From: Eledone cirrhosa
Lineage: Eukaryota
Assembly: GCA_964016885.1 (NCBI GenBank)
Contig: OZ024745.1
Span: 17,050,001-17,114,000 of the forward strand
Direction: 5' to 3'
Length of the DNA: 64,000 nt
The position numbers were made by a program, and so were the translations under genes. Below are positions 30,563 through 43,302 of the stretch, one piece after another. The notes beneath the pieces were generated by a model. That model worked only from the letters and a program-made list of their open reading frames with translations, ran no database searches and was not told the origin of the DNA. Positions within the stretch are counted from its first letter, which is position 1. Each line of letters opens with the position of its first letter.

Positions 30563-30854
30563 TCACATTAATACTATCATGATCGCCCTCTGTGGATATG
30601 TGCTATCATCAAACATCTAAACATCATTAGATAACTAAACATCATTAGATTCTCACCGAGAGCCAAGAGGGGTTAACGGTTGAAAGATCTAGTATTTGGC
30701 GTTTTCACACGATTTCTGTGATAGCTGTGAAAAGATCACAAATCTAAATATGGAGACTATATGTTTGTTATACACAAGCATTGTATAGGATTTCATATAG
30801 GCCTCTCTCTTTTTCTCATTTTCGCCCCTATCATTGCACTTCTATCTCTCCCTA

Positions 30855-30890
<36 letters not shown>

Positions 30891-30907
30891 GATATATATA
30901 TACATAT

Positions 30908-30941
<34 letters not shown>

Positions 30942-31527
30942 GATGTGTGCATGTGTGCATTCGTGTTTGTGGATTTGTTTCTATGTCTGTGTCCACGCGC
31001 TTTTACCCATTGGGAATAACTATACAATATATATTTTATTGAGGAGTATGTTTATATATTCGTCGCCGTTGTTTTACACTATTGATGCAATATATTTCTT
31101 GATATGTGTGCTGCTTCTTAAGTGGACAAGCAGCGGTAGTCAATGGAGACAGATGTGAATGATGTTTATAATGTGTGACTAACACTTTCCTCTTATTCAA
31201 AATATCATGGGCTTTTCATAGAATCTGTTTAATGTTTAAAAGAATCATAATCTTCTTCGCAATAATTAAACTCCACTACATGGATTAAATACTCTTTCTA
31301 TTGTTTGTATTTTCAAACATATATATTCGGGTTATGTCTCCGCCTGTAACTGTTTATGTCTCCGTAAACTTGCGAGTACGCTTATTCGTTTCTAACACCA
31401 TTGTGTGATAATTCTTTCTAATAGATATCAACATCAACAATTTTCGGGAAGGGTATTTACAATCAAATCGACGCCAGTATTTAAATGGTATTTAATTTTA
31501 TCGACCTAAATAGAATAAAGCGTATCC

Positions 31528-31990
31528 TACCAGGGTCAGCTGAAAGGTTCATTGGCTGAAAAGTTCATAGTCTGAGTAAGATACGCTAAAGGAATGACCA
31601 AATGAGGTTTATTTTTCAACATTGTCCCTGGGAAGTATAATGCAGTTATTAACAAGAATAATTTAAATTAATGCCTGTAAGATTTCCCATCTTTAACATT
31701 ATTCCTTCATAGTCAGCTGTCCCTCGTATCTCAGTTGGATTTGACATCATATGGTATACACTGAGCACAAACTGAAAGACATTTTGTCTGAGTTCAAATT
31801 CTGTCATTATTCATCTATTTCTCTTCATTTGGAAGAAATTGGTTGTGTTCAGACCTGAAGAGACATGGACCCGCCAGATAATATGTCCAAATTCTCTGAG
31901 GAATTAAGAGCCCAAGACCCACGAGTTCAGAGAAGCAACAGGAAATGTGACAATACAATGTCCTGGGATGGAAATGGAATTTAACTGAAA
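31528..31990 (+). mobile_element. Mariner-like transposon remnant
   Basis: TIR-like start TAccaggg..gctgaaa matches 668-745. The decayed ATGNVT...WDGNGI at ~31935-31985 resembles mariner SAGKVM..VFWD..GI. Confidence 0.55.
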
Positions 31991-33240
31991 TACAATGCTA
32001 TTGTTCTGGTAGTGATACTAGTTGATGTTATTGTTGTTGCTGTTAATATCGTTGTTCAGTCATAGTTCAACCAAATTGTTTTTCAGAGTATCCCGTCTAT
32101 TTGTAATATTTAACAAAATAATTTCTAACATTGTATATAATAATCCAACCTAGTTTACGGTTATTCTTGCGTTTCCAATGAGTCGAGAAAACATGTAGGG
32201 GCTCTCGTGGTGGCTGAACGAAACTATGAAGTAGGTTTTACCTGCACATATATAATCGACATATAATTTTAAAGATGCTGTGATACCACTTTGTAGTTAT
32301 ACTAATTATTTCGAAATATATAACAAAGGAATAAGTATGATTATTTTATGCCCACAAGAAATTGCTTTCATATTTATGTTCCACATAAGAAAAACATAAG
32401 AGGACATTGAACTTTCCAGCAACCAATTAGAATATATTGGAATTCACTTTATTTTTGAATTGTCTTTATTTTCTTTCGTTAATTGATACTGCAGAGTTCC
32501 GTTTCCTTTAAAATAACACTACACACGTATAATGATTGTTTCCCCGTGTTCGGGTAAATTTCCCATCAATTTGATTAGCAAGTACAAAACGTAGATGCTG
32601 TTTTTTTATGGCGAATATCAGTCACATTCTAGCATGTGTTATTATCTATTTGCGAATACCAGAATGTAATCAAACATTCATTACTGTTTTAAAAGTTGAT
32701 AATCGAAAGTGGGACAAAGTGAAGCTGGAATTGTACACGGGAGAATACGAATATTTACAAATCTGGTTATTTTAACACATTATATTATCTATGAAATGGC
32801 ATATTCAAATCAAATACAAACAGCGTTACAGTATTTTCCGAAATACCCAGGTGATTCATATCATCCATCAGAATAAATAATGTGAGATATCTGTTGAGCG
32901 CAATCTGATACAAGCTGACGTTAATAATAGATATTTCAGTGGTTTCTATGCAAGAATACTTTGTCTTCAAATATAAAATCCGATTGAGAAATTTTCAAAA
33001 TAGCAGACATTGACGAGATGATAGGTCAACATTTGATTTCCAAAGACGACGCGATATTATAGAAATAAAGAAATACCAGATTTATAGCTTTACTGTGAAA
33101 TATTGGTTTTATTGTGAATATTTTAAGTGTTAATTCGGATATATGGGAGAGAAAAGAACAATAACCACATATAAACTCAGCCAGTTGAATCTAAGTAAAT
33201 ATATATATACACATGTGATACAAACAGTTCACACAAATAC

Positions 33241-33280
<40 letters not shown>

Positions 33281-33301
33281 CATATGTATATATATATATA
33301 T

Positions 33302-34228
33302 ATGGGAGGAGGTTATAGTTCACTTGAAGCATTGTGTAATGAGGTATAAACGTTAGAATATGTGTAATAAGGCCAAGACAATGCAGGTATGGACATAGAA
33401 AAAAGAATGCAATAGTGAAAGATATTGATGTGAATTCGTCTTTCACCTTGAATTTATTTAAATGTCCTTAATTTTCGAGATAATATCTCTTCTTCGGAGG
33501 GAAGTAAAGGTCTCAAACCAGCGTCTTTAAATCTCTAATGAAGCCATGCTGACCGGAAATAGTATAGAGTATCTGTTCTAACTTTAATATCAAAGAATTA
33601 AAATTAGGTGGATAAAGAGTAGTCTCCCTTTAAGAGGGGTTTGTTTATGTTTTGTTATTGTTTTTGTTATGTTTTTTTAAATTTTATATGCCTGCCTGTA
33701 TATGTGTGTGGGAGAATGCATGAAGGTGTAGGTATGTGGGTGTGTGTGTGTGAGTGTGGGAAGATAGGTCTAATCGTAAAATTGGGGGGGTAGGTGTTAT
33801 CTGGTGTTAGAACTGGTTTTGTGTGTGTATGTGTGAGAGAGAATAAGTGGAGGTGTGCGCGTGCGTGTGTGTGGGGTGTGGAAAAATGGGGCTAGAGGCC
33901 CTATCAGGTTATAAATTGGGTGTTGAGCTCTAGTCTATTATTGATTGGTGGATGTGTTCTATCTTTATCCACCTAATTTTAATTCTTTGATATTAAAGTT
34001 AGAACAGATACTCTATACTATTTCCGGTCAGCATGGCTTCATTAGAGATTTAAAGACGCTGGTTTGAGACCTTTACTTCCCTCCGAAGAAGAGATATTAT
34101 CTCGAAAATTAAGGACATTTAAATAAATTCAAGGTGAAAGACGAATTCACATCAATATCTTTCACTATTGCATTCTTTTTTCTATGTCCATACCTGCATT
34201 GTCTTGGCCTTATTACACATATTCTAAC

Positions 34229-34233
<5 letters not shown>
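33302..34233. mobile_element. Fold-back PLE-pLTR derivative (family B)
   Basis: ~275-bp perfect inverted arms 33345-33618/33963-34233, GT-rich spacer, ~43-bp left-only extension, hammerhead-like motif at 34080-34114, (TA)n flanks. Confidence 0.9.
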
Positions 34234-34285
<52 letters not shown>

Positions 34286-34405
34286 GCGAGAAAGGTAGAT
34301 GAGGGAAAATGTATTAAGATTTGCGTAAAGGGCTATGTTTTCACAAATATAAAAAGACATTTCTCCTCCTCTCATTCCATTTCTCTTTCTCTCTTCACTC
34401 AGACA

Positions 34406-34531
<126 letters not shown>

Positions 34532-34647
34532 ATGGAAAACGGATGAGCTCAGGCCTTTTCGACAGCTAGGTGAAGGTATAGTGTTTATATATATATATAT
34601 AAACAAACAGTATACTTTACCCTAAATATATCTAACATATAGAGCAA

Positions 34648-36747
34648 TCTATGACTGGGGAGCTTTCAAGGAAGATGATAAGCTACAGGAGAGGTTCACA
34701 GTGGAAGTGAGGAACAGGTTCAGTGCTCTGTGTGGAGAGACAGAGGAGAGAGAGATTGGATGGACTGAGGAGAATGTGACGAGGAGGTACGGGCTCTTCA
34801 CCAATGCAGTGGCGGAAGCAAGTGAAACCCTGGTGCCGAGGAAAAAGAACAAAAGGAAGCACGTCACCTCTGCAAACCCAAAAGTATGTGCAGCCAGAGA
34901 ACACCTGAAGGTTACCATGGCCCAATTCTATGCTGATCCTACGGAGGAGAGGATGGAGACTGTGGAGATGATGAGGGAAGAACTCTGTACCGCTTACACT
35001 GAGGCCAGAGAGGAGGCACTGATAGAGAAGATCAGAAGTGTGGAGAGAGCGGTTGAGAGATGTGGATGTAAGGAGATCTGGATGATCATCAACGAGATCA
35101 CAGGGAGGAAGAGAAGGTGTTCGTGTCGGATTCAGGGAACGGGGCCCGAGGGTAGGAAGAGGAAATGTCTAGACCATTTTAGGACCCTACTAGGAGAGCC
35201 ACCCTCCACAGCCCAGAGCACTGGGGAGATCAGGCGGCTGTTTGAGGAACTGGATATTGAATCAGAGCTCTTCACCAGAGAGGAGCTTCAGAGTGCCAAG
35301 AAGAAGATCAAGGAGGCTAGGCTCATGGAGAAGATGGAGTGGCATCAGATGTGATGAACAGGTGTGATTTTGATGATATCATCCTGGGGTTCTGTAACCA
35401 GGCACTGGAGAAAGGAGTTGCCCCGAATCAGTGGAGGATCAGTAACATGGTCCCAGTGCTAAAGAAGGGAGATCTCTCTAACACCAACAACTACAGGGGG
35501 ATCTCAGTGACGTCACTTGTGGCAATGACCCTCAACAGGATGATTCTTAACAGGATCCAGACTGAGATGGAGAAGAAGCTCAGGGACAACCAGAACGGCT
35601 TCAGAGAGGGTAGATCAACCACCAGTCACATCCTGATGCTGGGGAGGATATTAGAAGGAGCTAGAGCAAAGTGCCTTCCTGCGGTCATGGTTTTCATTTA
35701 CTTTAGTAAGGCCTATGATTCTGTGGACCGTAACTGACTGATGAAGATCTTACAGGCTTATGGAATCCCCAAGAAGATAGTGGACCTGATATCACTGCTC
35801 TACACCAACACCAAAGCCAAGGCATTACACCTGATGGGGTGACATAATTCTTTGAGATATTGGCTGGAGTGCTCCAGCGAGATACATTGGCTCCCTACCT
35901 TTTTGTTCATCGTAGTGGACTATTGTATGCGCCTTGCACTGGAGAAACACCAGGACTCTGGCTTTACTGTAGCACCGGCTCAGAGCAGGAGAGTTAAGGC
36001 GAAAAGGTATCAGATGCTGAATTTGCCGACGACATAATTTTGGTGACAAATACAGTGAAGGAGGCAGAGGATTTGATGCAGGAGGTTGAGACTACAACAA
36101 AATATCTGGTAGAGAATGTTGAGAAGCCAGAGGGGATCACTAATGTAGGCGGGAAAACGCTAGAATTGGTTGAGGATTTCCTGTATTTGGGAACAAAGAT
36201 TGGGAATACAGAAGATGATGTGGTTGAGAGGAAGAGCAAACACTGGGCGGCGTGCCACAGCTTGAGATCGGTGTGGAAGTCGGACCTTCGTAAAGACCTG
36301 AAAATCCGCCTCTTCATTGCTGTAGTGGAGTCTGTGCTGCTGTACGGGTCTGAGACTTGGACACTGACAAAGAAACTCACTCAGATGGTGGATGGGTACT
36401 ACACGAGAATGCTGAGGATGATTCTGAACATTTATCAGTATACAGTGAGGATGAAAATCTCAGAGCTGTATGGGAGCCTCCCAAAAGTCAGCTCAAAAGT
36501 GACACAGAGGAGACTGAGTTTAGCTGGACATGCTCACCGACATCCTGAATTGACATTGCACTCAGTACTCCTGTGGGAGCCCTACATGGACACACTGGAA
36601 GATAAAGACCAAGGTTAACGTATGTTGATGCCCTAAGGACAGACACTGGTCTATTGGAGACGCAGGACATGGCAGCGATAATGAGGGACAGAGACCGCTG
36701 GAGTGTACTCGTCCATGGTTCTCGGGAATTTTACCCGCCCTAGATAG
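34648..36747 (+). mobile_element. RTE-like LINE, 5'-truncated, frameshifted RT pseudogene
   Basis: KKGDLSNTNNYRGIS, NQNGFREGRSTTSHI, FSKAYDS, FADDI, VEDFLYLG, ESVLLYGSETWTLT, LAGH; (TAGA)n-like tail. Confidence 0.9.
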
Positions 36748-37086
36748 ATATATTATACACATATGTATAACTATGTATGTTTGGAAAGATATATATATAT
36801 ATATATCGTTTCTATTTGGATTGCCTAGTGAACGTAGACTTATTATGCAAGAAGCTGTCTAATGAGATCATGGCAATGCGTAGCGGAATCGCATGGCCGC
36901 TGTTGTCATTGAAATATGTATCACAGTCTTATCAATAAAGAAATATAACATCGGAAACTACTTGGCAATTTCTTTTTCTAAATATACTCCGTCATTCGTA
37001 TGTGGAAATAAGTACGTAGAGTACTTGAATTGTATTCCATCAATATTTACCCTCAGTATACATATATATATATATATATATATACT

Positions 37087-37127
<41 letters not shown>

Positions 37128-38568
37128 TTGTATGTGTGTGTATGTGAATGTGTGTGCATGAGTGGCTGTTTCATGCATGTCTAATGTACAGTCAATAATA
37201 TAATACAATAGAGCAAAACAAGATTGTTCCCAAACAGATTGGTTTATTAAACAAATACCCAGCTTTCTCGTTGAAATTAAACAGATGGCCATATCATAAA
37301 ATAATGCAAGCCACAGTAGAATAACATCGTTAATAACTGCGATTATTTGCAGGAAGCCATGCTACGAAGCCGTACAATATTTGACATATTAATACGGTAC
37401 TAGATTTTCAACATAACTGTAAATGATAGAAGCGTAAGTAACGATAATAAGAAGAGACATGTATGATGTTACTTGAGCTACGTAGAGAAAATAAGGCAAA
37501 CAATGCCAAGATTATAAATCACATATACACATATGTAAGGAACTATGGATATAACTATTGCTGTACTATGTTACTAAATCTGTTTTTATGTCAAAATAGA
37601 ATGGATTTGTCATATTCAATACATAAACAAAATATTCAATAAGGCATGTGCCTCATACATCTAAAATTACTCTAGCTGACTCACATCGTCTATATATTCA
37701 AATATGTGTACAATTTACTGAATATTTTAATCAAGATATGCATATATAGCCAGAAGTGCAAAATATATCTGTAAATACATGCACACGCATCTCTCTCTCT
37801 CTATATATATATATAAGAGATAATAATTTTATTTCTAGCTTTAGCACAGCTGATCCACAAAAGTAAGCATGCATACGTACACACACACACATATAAATAT
37901 ATATATATACATACATACATATACACCGAAGATGAACTTCCCAACCTCGCTACCATAAGAAGGAACAAAAACCCAAGAAATCATCTCCCCCAGAATGACA
38001 TTTACAACTTTCCCCCTTCAAGGAGACACCATACCAAATCACTCAACTACTACGCGGATTCCTCATCGTCAAACATAGGGAAAAGATACCACCGCCATGA
38101 TAGATGCAACAACTTCCCCGCCTCAAGGGGACAGCAAGGTAATTACCATTTTCTCAACTCTCACTTCCACAATACACAACAAACCCACACCACACGATAC
38201 AACCAACAACGTAGGCCACTTATAACACCACAATACAACATGGCACATAGAAACACACACCCATACTCGCAGTACAGGAACACCCCATTCAATCTACAAC
38301 CACCAACCCGAACCACATTTTACAACAACAAGGAATATAACAAGCACAGGAGACCACTTAACATCAGCAGACAACCCCTCTACCCCAACCATTTTTTAGA
38401 CACAGCACACAGATACAGGCAAACAAAATAACACAAGACAGGGAGGAGAAACCGATAGTAATAAAAATTATCAATCTTACTAGTGCAGAACCAACACCCA
38501 ACCTTATCAACTTACTCTCCAAAGGTCTTAAATTCACACCGACCCCACTACGTCCTAACTACTATGAA

Positions 38569-40716
38569 ATGAAGGAAGACATCACAGACTTCTGTAGAAA
38601 GTTACGACTTAGTGAACAACTATTCGACCAGTACAATGAGGATGAATCATTAGCCAGAAATAGAAGCAATTACACCCCTTCAAAAGGTAGAAATAAAATC
38701 CTGGACGAATTCTGTGAACACATCACAAACTTCCCTTACCAACACTTGCACAGACAAAAACACAAGCCAAACCTCAACAAGAAAGAATGGGAAGAATTAA
38801 ATAGATTAAAAACCGACAGAACCATTACAATTAAAGAGGCTGATAAAGGGAGTACAGTAGTCCTAATGGAGACAGAATTCTATATCAACTTAGCGCTCTC
38901 CACTTTGGAAAACGAAACATACTACGAAAAGGCTGAACACTACAATCAACAGAAAATTATGAGAAACCTAAAAACTCTAATCAACCAATACAAAGAAGGA
39001 CTCACTAACAAGGAATTCAGCTTCATCACAGACTTCACAAGTAAATCCAGCCTTTTCTACGGTATCCCTAAAGTACATAAAAGCGAATCAATCAGTAAGG
39101 CATGCAAGGAAGCCACAGACATAGTCATCAATGTCCCCTCACCCAATGATCTCAAATTAAGACCTATAATAGCAGGCCCCGCTTGCGAAACGCACCGTCT
39201 TAGCAACTTCATTGATACCCTTCTCAAACCCTTCCTCAAGCACATCAAAAGCTATATAAGGGACGACCTAGATATGCTCAATCACCTCCCTAATATGCCA
39301 CTTTCTGAACAAACCCTACTAGTGACGTTCGATGTAGTCAACCTATACTCCAACATCCCCCACAACCTAGGAATAGAAGCTATCCAATTCTGGCTGGATA
39401 ACTTCCACAATGAACTCCCACAACGCATCAAAAAAGAATTCGTGATAGAGGGACTCAAATTTATCTTGGAGAACAATTACTTCGTTTTCAATAACAAACC
39501 CTACAGGCAGAAATCTGGGACCGCTATGGGAACGAAAACAGCCCCTACGTATGCCAACCTAGTCATGGGATACCTGGAAATCACCCTCTACACTAAAGTC
39601 CTAAACAAATTTGGAAACACCCTCCACTTACACATTGAAAGGAACTGGAAGCGATATCTTGATGACTGCTTCATCCTTTGGCACGAAAACATCGAAAAAC
39701 TTAAAGAATTTCACACCCTTATAAATGGGCTCAACACAAATATTAACTTCACAATGGAATACAGCCATCAACAACTCCCCTTCCTCGACATCCTCATTAA
39801 GATCCATAACAAAAAAATAGAAACAGACATATACTACAAGCCCACAGACTCCAAGCAATACCTCCCCTTCAACTCTTGCCACCCTAGACACGTTAAAATT
39901 AATATTCCCTACAACTTAGCCAAGAGAATCTGTACTATAGTCTCCAATAAAAACATCTGCTACTTACGGCTACAAGAACTAAAGGACACACTCATAGGCA
40001 GGGACTACCCTGCATCACTAATTGACAATGGAATCCAACGTGCCCTAAAACTCAGTACCCAGGACCTTAGACACCCTAAAGTAAATCAACCAAAACTAAA
40101 AGCTCTTCCATACATCTCCACACACAACCCCCTCAACAACGAGGCCTTTGACACCATCCTCCAGAACATCCCTGTATTGAAAAAGGACCATAGAATGAAC
40201 CAAATTCTACGAACACACGATATCATAAAAAGCAAAAGACAATCCAAGTCAATGAAAAACATCTTAACACATGCCAAAGTACTGCCAACCACAACAACGA
40301 AACCCACAGTAAAAAAATGCGATAGACCCAACTGTGGCATTTGCATCAACCTAATAGAGGGTTCGGAATTCTATTTCAAAGATGGACAACGTTTTATAGT
40401 AAAACACAATTTCACATGTGCATCGGAAAATTTAATATATGTATTAACTTGTTCAGGTTGTCGAGAACAATACATAGGCCAGACCAAAAACAGCCTCCGC
40501 CAACGCATGACTGTCCATAGATCCCAAATTAAAATACGGGAATACAGGAAAATACCACTGAGTGAACACATTGATACCTGCGCCGCCCAAAATCATCCCA
40601 ACTTCAGAATCTTTCCCCTCTACAAATTTAAAGATAATGCCACCCACACCCAGCGCATCAGCAAGGAATCTTACTTCATTAACAAATACGGACCCCGTCT
40701 AAACACTTCTCCCTAA
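38569..40716 (+). CDS. PLE reverse transcriptase + C-terminal GIY-YIG endonuclease (copy 1; frame is open upstream of this ATG)
   Basis: ADKG, YGIPKVHK, LRPII, FDVVNLYSNIP, GTAMGT, RYLDD, FLDI, YYKPTD, linker CDRPNCGIC, NLIYVLTC..C..YIGQT..LRQR..H. Confidence 0.95.
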   Translation: MKEDITDFCRKLRLSEQLFDQYNEDESLARNRSNYTPSKGRNKILDEFCEHITNFPYQHLHRQKHKPNLNKKEWEELNRLKTDRTITIKEADKGSTVVLMETEFYINLALSTLENETYYEKAEHYNQQKIMRNLKTLINQYKEGLTNKEFSFITDFTSKSSLFYGIPKVHKSESISKACKEATDIVINVPSPNDLKLRPIIAGPACETHRLSNFIDTLLKPFLKHIKSYIRDDLDMLNHLPNMPLSEQTLLVTFDVVNLYSNIPHNLGIEAIQFWLDNFHNELPQRIKKEFVIEGLKFILENNYFVFNNKPYRQKSGTAMGTKTAPTYANLVMGYLEITLYTKVLNKFGNTLHLHIERNWKRYLDDCFILWHENIEKLKEFHTLINGLNTNINFTMEYSHQQLPFLDILIKIHNKKIETDIYYKPTDSKQYLPFNSCHPRHVKINIPYNLAKRICTIVSNKNICYLRLQELKDTLIGRDYPASLIDNGIQRALKLSTQDLRHPKVNQPKLKALPYISTHNPLNNEAFDTILQNIPVLKKDHRMNQILRTHDIIKSKRQSKSMKNILTHAKVLPTTTTKPTVKKCDRPNCGICINLIEGSEFYFKDGQRFIVKHNFTCASENLIYVLTCSGCREQYIGQTKNSLRQRMTVHRSQIKIREYRKIPLSEHIDTCAAQNHPNFRIFPLYKFKDNATHTQRISKESYFINKYGPRLNTSP

Positions 40717-40894
40717 GACGAACCCACAACATACACACGTCAACATACATACCTACATCAGCACACATCTCTACCCACATATAAACACAATGACACACGT
40801 AAACACACATGCTCTATGGTGCAATACAAAAAAATATATGTGCATATATATGTATGTATATATGTATATATATGTATATATGTATGTAGTGAAA

Positions 40895-40938
<44 letters not shown>

Positions 40939-41243
40939 GTATATAGTGAATATCATTTCACACCCTTTATTGTTAAGATTGTTGATGTTCTATTAAGAGA
41001 ACCGATTTTACTGAAAAAATCGAATAATGTACACCATTTTACCAGGGGGGGGAAAAAATACTGGTCCACCCACACACGCACACACACACACACACACATA
41101 TATACACAGACACATACACACGCGTACATCAACATACAAAGAGACTTATACACACACACACACACACACACACGCACTTCTCCGTATAAGACAAAAGCTG
41201 AAAAATATCTTTTGACCTTCGAATGACTCTGCTGTGTGTATGT

Positions 41244-41277
<34 letters not shown>

Positions 41278-41346
41278 ATCTTAATAGCCATTTGACACAC
41301 ATCGCTGGTGGCTATTGTCGCAGCATCGAATACCTTACTACTACTA

Positions 41347-41420
<74 letters not shown>

Positions 41421-41800
41421 CTGTTGTGAAAGAGTCATTTCTCAATCTTGGCGCAAAACCAATTTTTTATCCACATGACCTCTACCGACCAATCAAAATT
41501 GTTTTGACCACAAGCATTTTTACAACACAAAAATAACGCTGGAGCCATTTTTTTAACATAAAAACAGGTAGAATTCCCAAAACTAATCAGATCAGAGCAA
41601 ACAGCACGGACACTCTATCTCAAAATTATTTTTGAAAAGCATTTAGAAATGCGCAACCGGTAAAAACTTAAAAACTTAAAACCACAACTGAATACTAACC
41701 CATACAATCACTAATACTCTTTTATTCCTAATTAAACCATTTTTCAACTGTGAACAATTTGTCAGCATTTTCTATTCCGTTTACCAATATATAATAACTT

Positions 41801-43165
41801 GTGTGTTACACCTCTATTCTTTTAACTATCATATCCTCACACGAGATACAGAAAATGCCAACAAAAACGGATACAACCCTCATCAACTCAAATGAAGAGA
41901 TCCTACAGGAACTCAAGAAAATCAACACCAACCTATCTTTGCTGGTCGACAAACTTGACTCCACAAATAAGGAAACCGCCACCGGATACAAACCCTCCGA
42001 AATCGGCGACAAACTCCAAAACCTTTGCGATACTATCCAAACTATGTTCACTACTACCAACCCAGGAAAAACCAACGAAGAACCATGTGAGATTGATTCA
42101 CACAAAATGAAAATTCGAACAATTCCAAAATGGAACAAATCCCTCAGAGACAGAAAGTTCTCATTCTGGAAGATGATACAAAATCACAACAAAGCAGAGA
42201 TATATGAAAAATGGCTTAACTCAACCCCTCTAACTCTCCCCCGTAAACTACAAATAAAGTCCATTCCAAATGAACCCGAACCTCAAAGACACCTTAGGGA
42301 AAGAATGGCATTGGAAAAAATGAAGACAGAAATTGAACTTCTTAAACTGAGGGCCCAGACAAATGAGGAAAAAATCAAAACCATCGATGAAGAGATCCTC
42401 CTGGAAATCAACAACAAAACTGAAGGCCCCAAGGTAGAGAAGATCTCCAAATTATGGAAAGGGGACTGCAACAGAGAAGAACTGAAATCCCTTCAACGCT
42501 GGGAAAAAAGTGCCGCTTGGTTCCTACACTATGAATCGACTTTTCAAACGGATTACACCTCCAATAACCCGTTCATAAAAATAGGAAAACCCATAACTGA
42601 ACCGCACAACAACTTCTCAAACCCCCAAGCCTCAAACAAACGAAGAAGGAAGCACCACACCGAAGATGAACTTCCCAACCTCGCTACCATAAGAAGGAAC
42701 AAAAACCCAAGAAATCATCTCCCCCAGAATGACATTTACAACTTTCCCCCTTCAAGGAGACACCATACCAAATCACTCAACTACTACGCGGATTCCTCAT
42801 CGTCAAACATAGGGAAAAGATACCACCGCCATGATAGATGCAACAACTTCCCCGCCTCAAGGGGACAGCAAGGTAATTACCATTTTCTCAACTCTCACTT
42901 CCACAATACACAACAAACCCACACCACACGATACAACCAACAACGTAGGCCACTTATAACACCACAATACAACATGGCACATAGAAACACACACCCATAC
43001 TCGCAGTACAGGAACACCCCATTCAATCTACAACCACCAACCCGAACCACATTTTACAACAACAAGGAATATAACAAGCACAGGAGACCACTTAACATCA
43101 GCAGACAACCCCTCTACCCCAACCATTTTTTAGACACAGCACACAGATACAGGCAATCAAAATAA
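41801..43165 (+). CDS. Upstream ORF1 of the PLE (predicted coiled-coil N half, basic N/H/R-rich low-complexity C half; first ATG 41855)
   Basis: 454 codons without a stop; heptad-like segments (EILQELKKINTNLSLLVDKL; LEKMKTEIELLKLRAQTNEEKIKTID). Its 3' part is also present at 37923-38431. Confidence 0.8.
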   Translation: MCYTSILLTIISSHEIQKMPTKTDTTLINSNEEILQELKKINTNLSLLVDKLDSTNKETATGYKPSEIGDKLQNLCDTIQTMFTTTNPGKTNEEPCEIDSHKMKIRTIPKWNKSLRDRKFSFWKMIQNHNKAEIYEKWLNSTPLTLPRKLQIKSIPNEPEPQRHLRERMALEKMKTEIELLKLRAQTNEEKIKTIDEEILLEINNKTEGPKVEKISKLWKGDCNREELKSLQRWEKSAAWFLHYESTFQTDYTSNNPFIKIGKPITEPHNNFSNPQASNKRRRKHHTEDELPNLATIRRNKNPRNHLPQNDIYNFPPSRRHHTKSLNYYADSSSSNIGKRYHRHDRCNNFPASRGQQGNYHFLNSHFHNTQQTHTTRYNQQRRPLITPQYNMAHRNTHPYSQYRNTPFNLQPPTRTTFYNNKEYNKHRRPLNISRQPLYPNHFLDTAHRYRQSK

Positions 43166-43302
43166 CACAAGACAGGGAGGAGAAACCGATAGTAATAAAA
43201 ATTATCAATCTTACTAGTGCAGAACCAACACCCAACCTTATCAACTTACTCTCCAAAGGTCTTAAATTCACACCGACCCCACTACGTCCTAACTACTATG
43301 AA

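Noticed and set aside
39057-40647. Antisense ORFs within the PLE ORFs (also 43791-45381, 50432-54867)
   Set aside because: Short shadow frames with no motifs.
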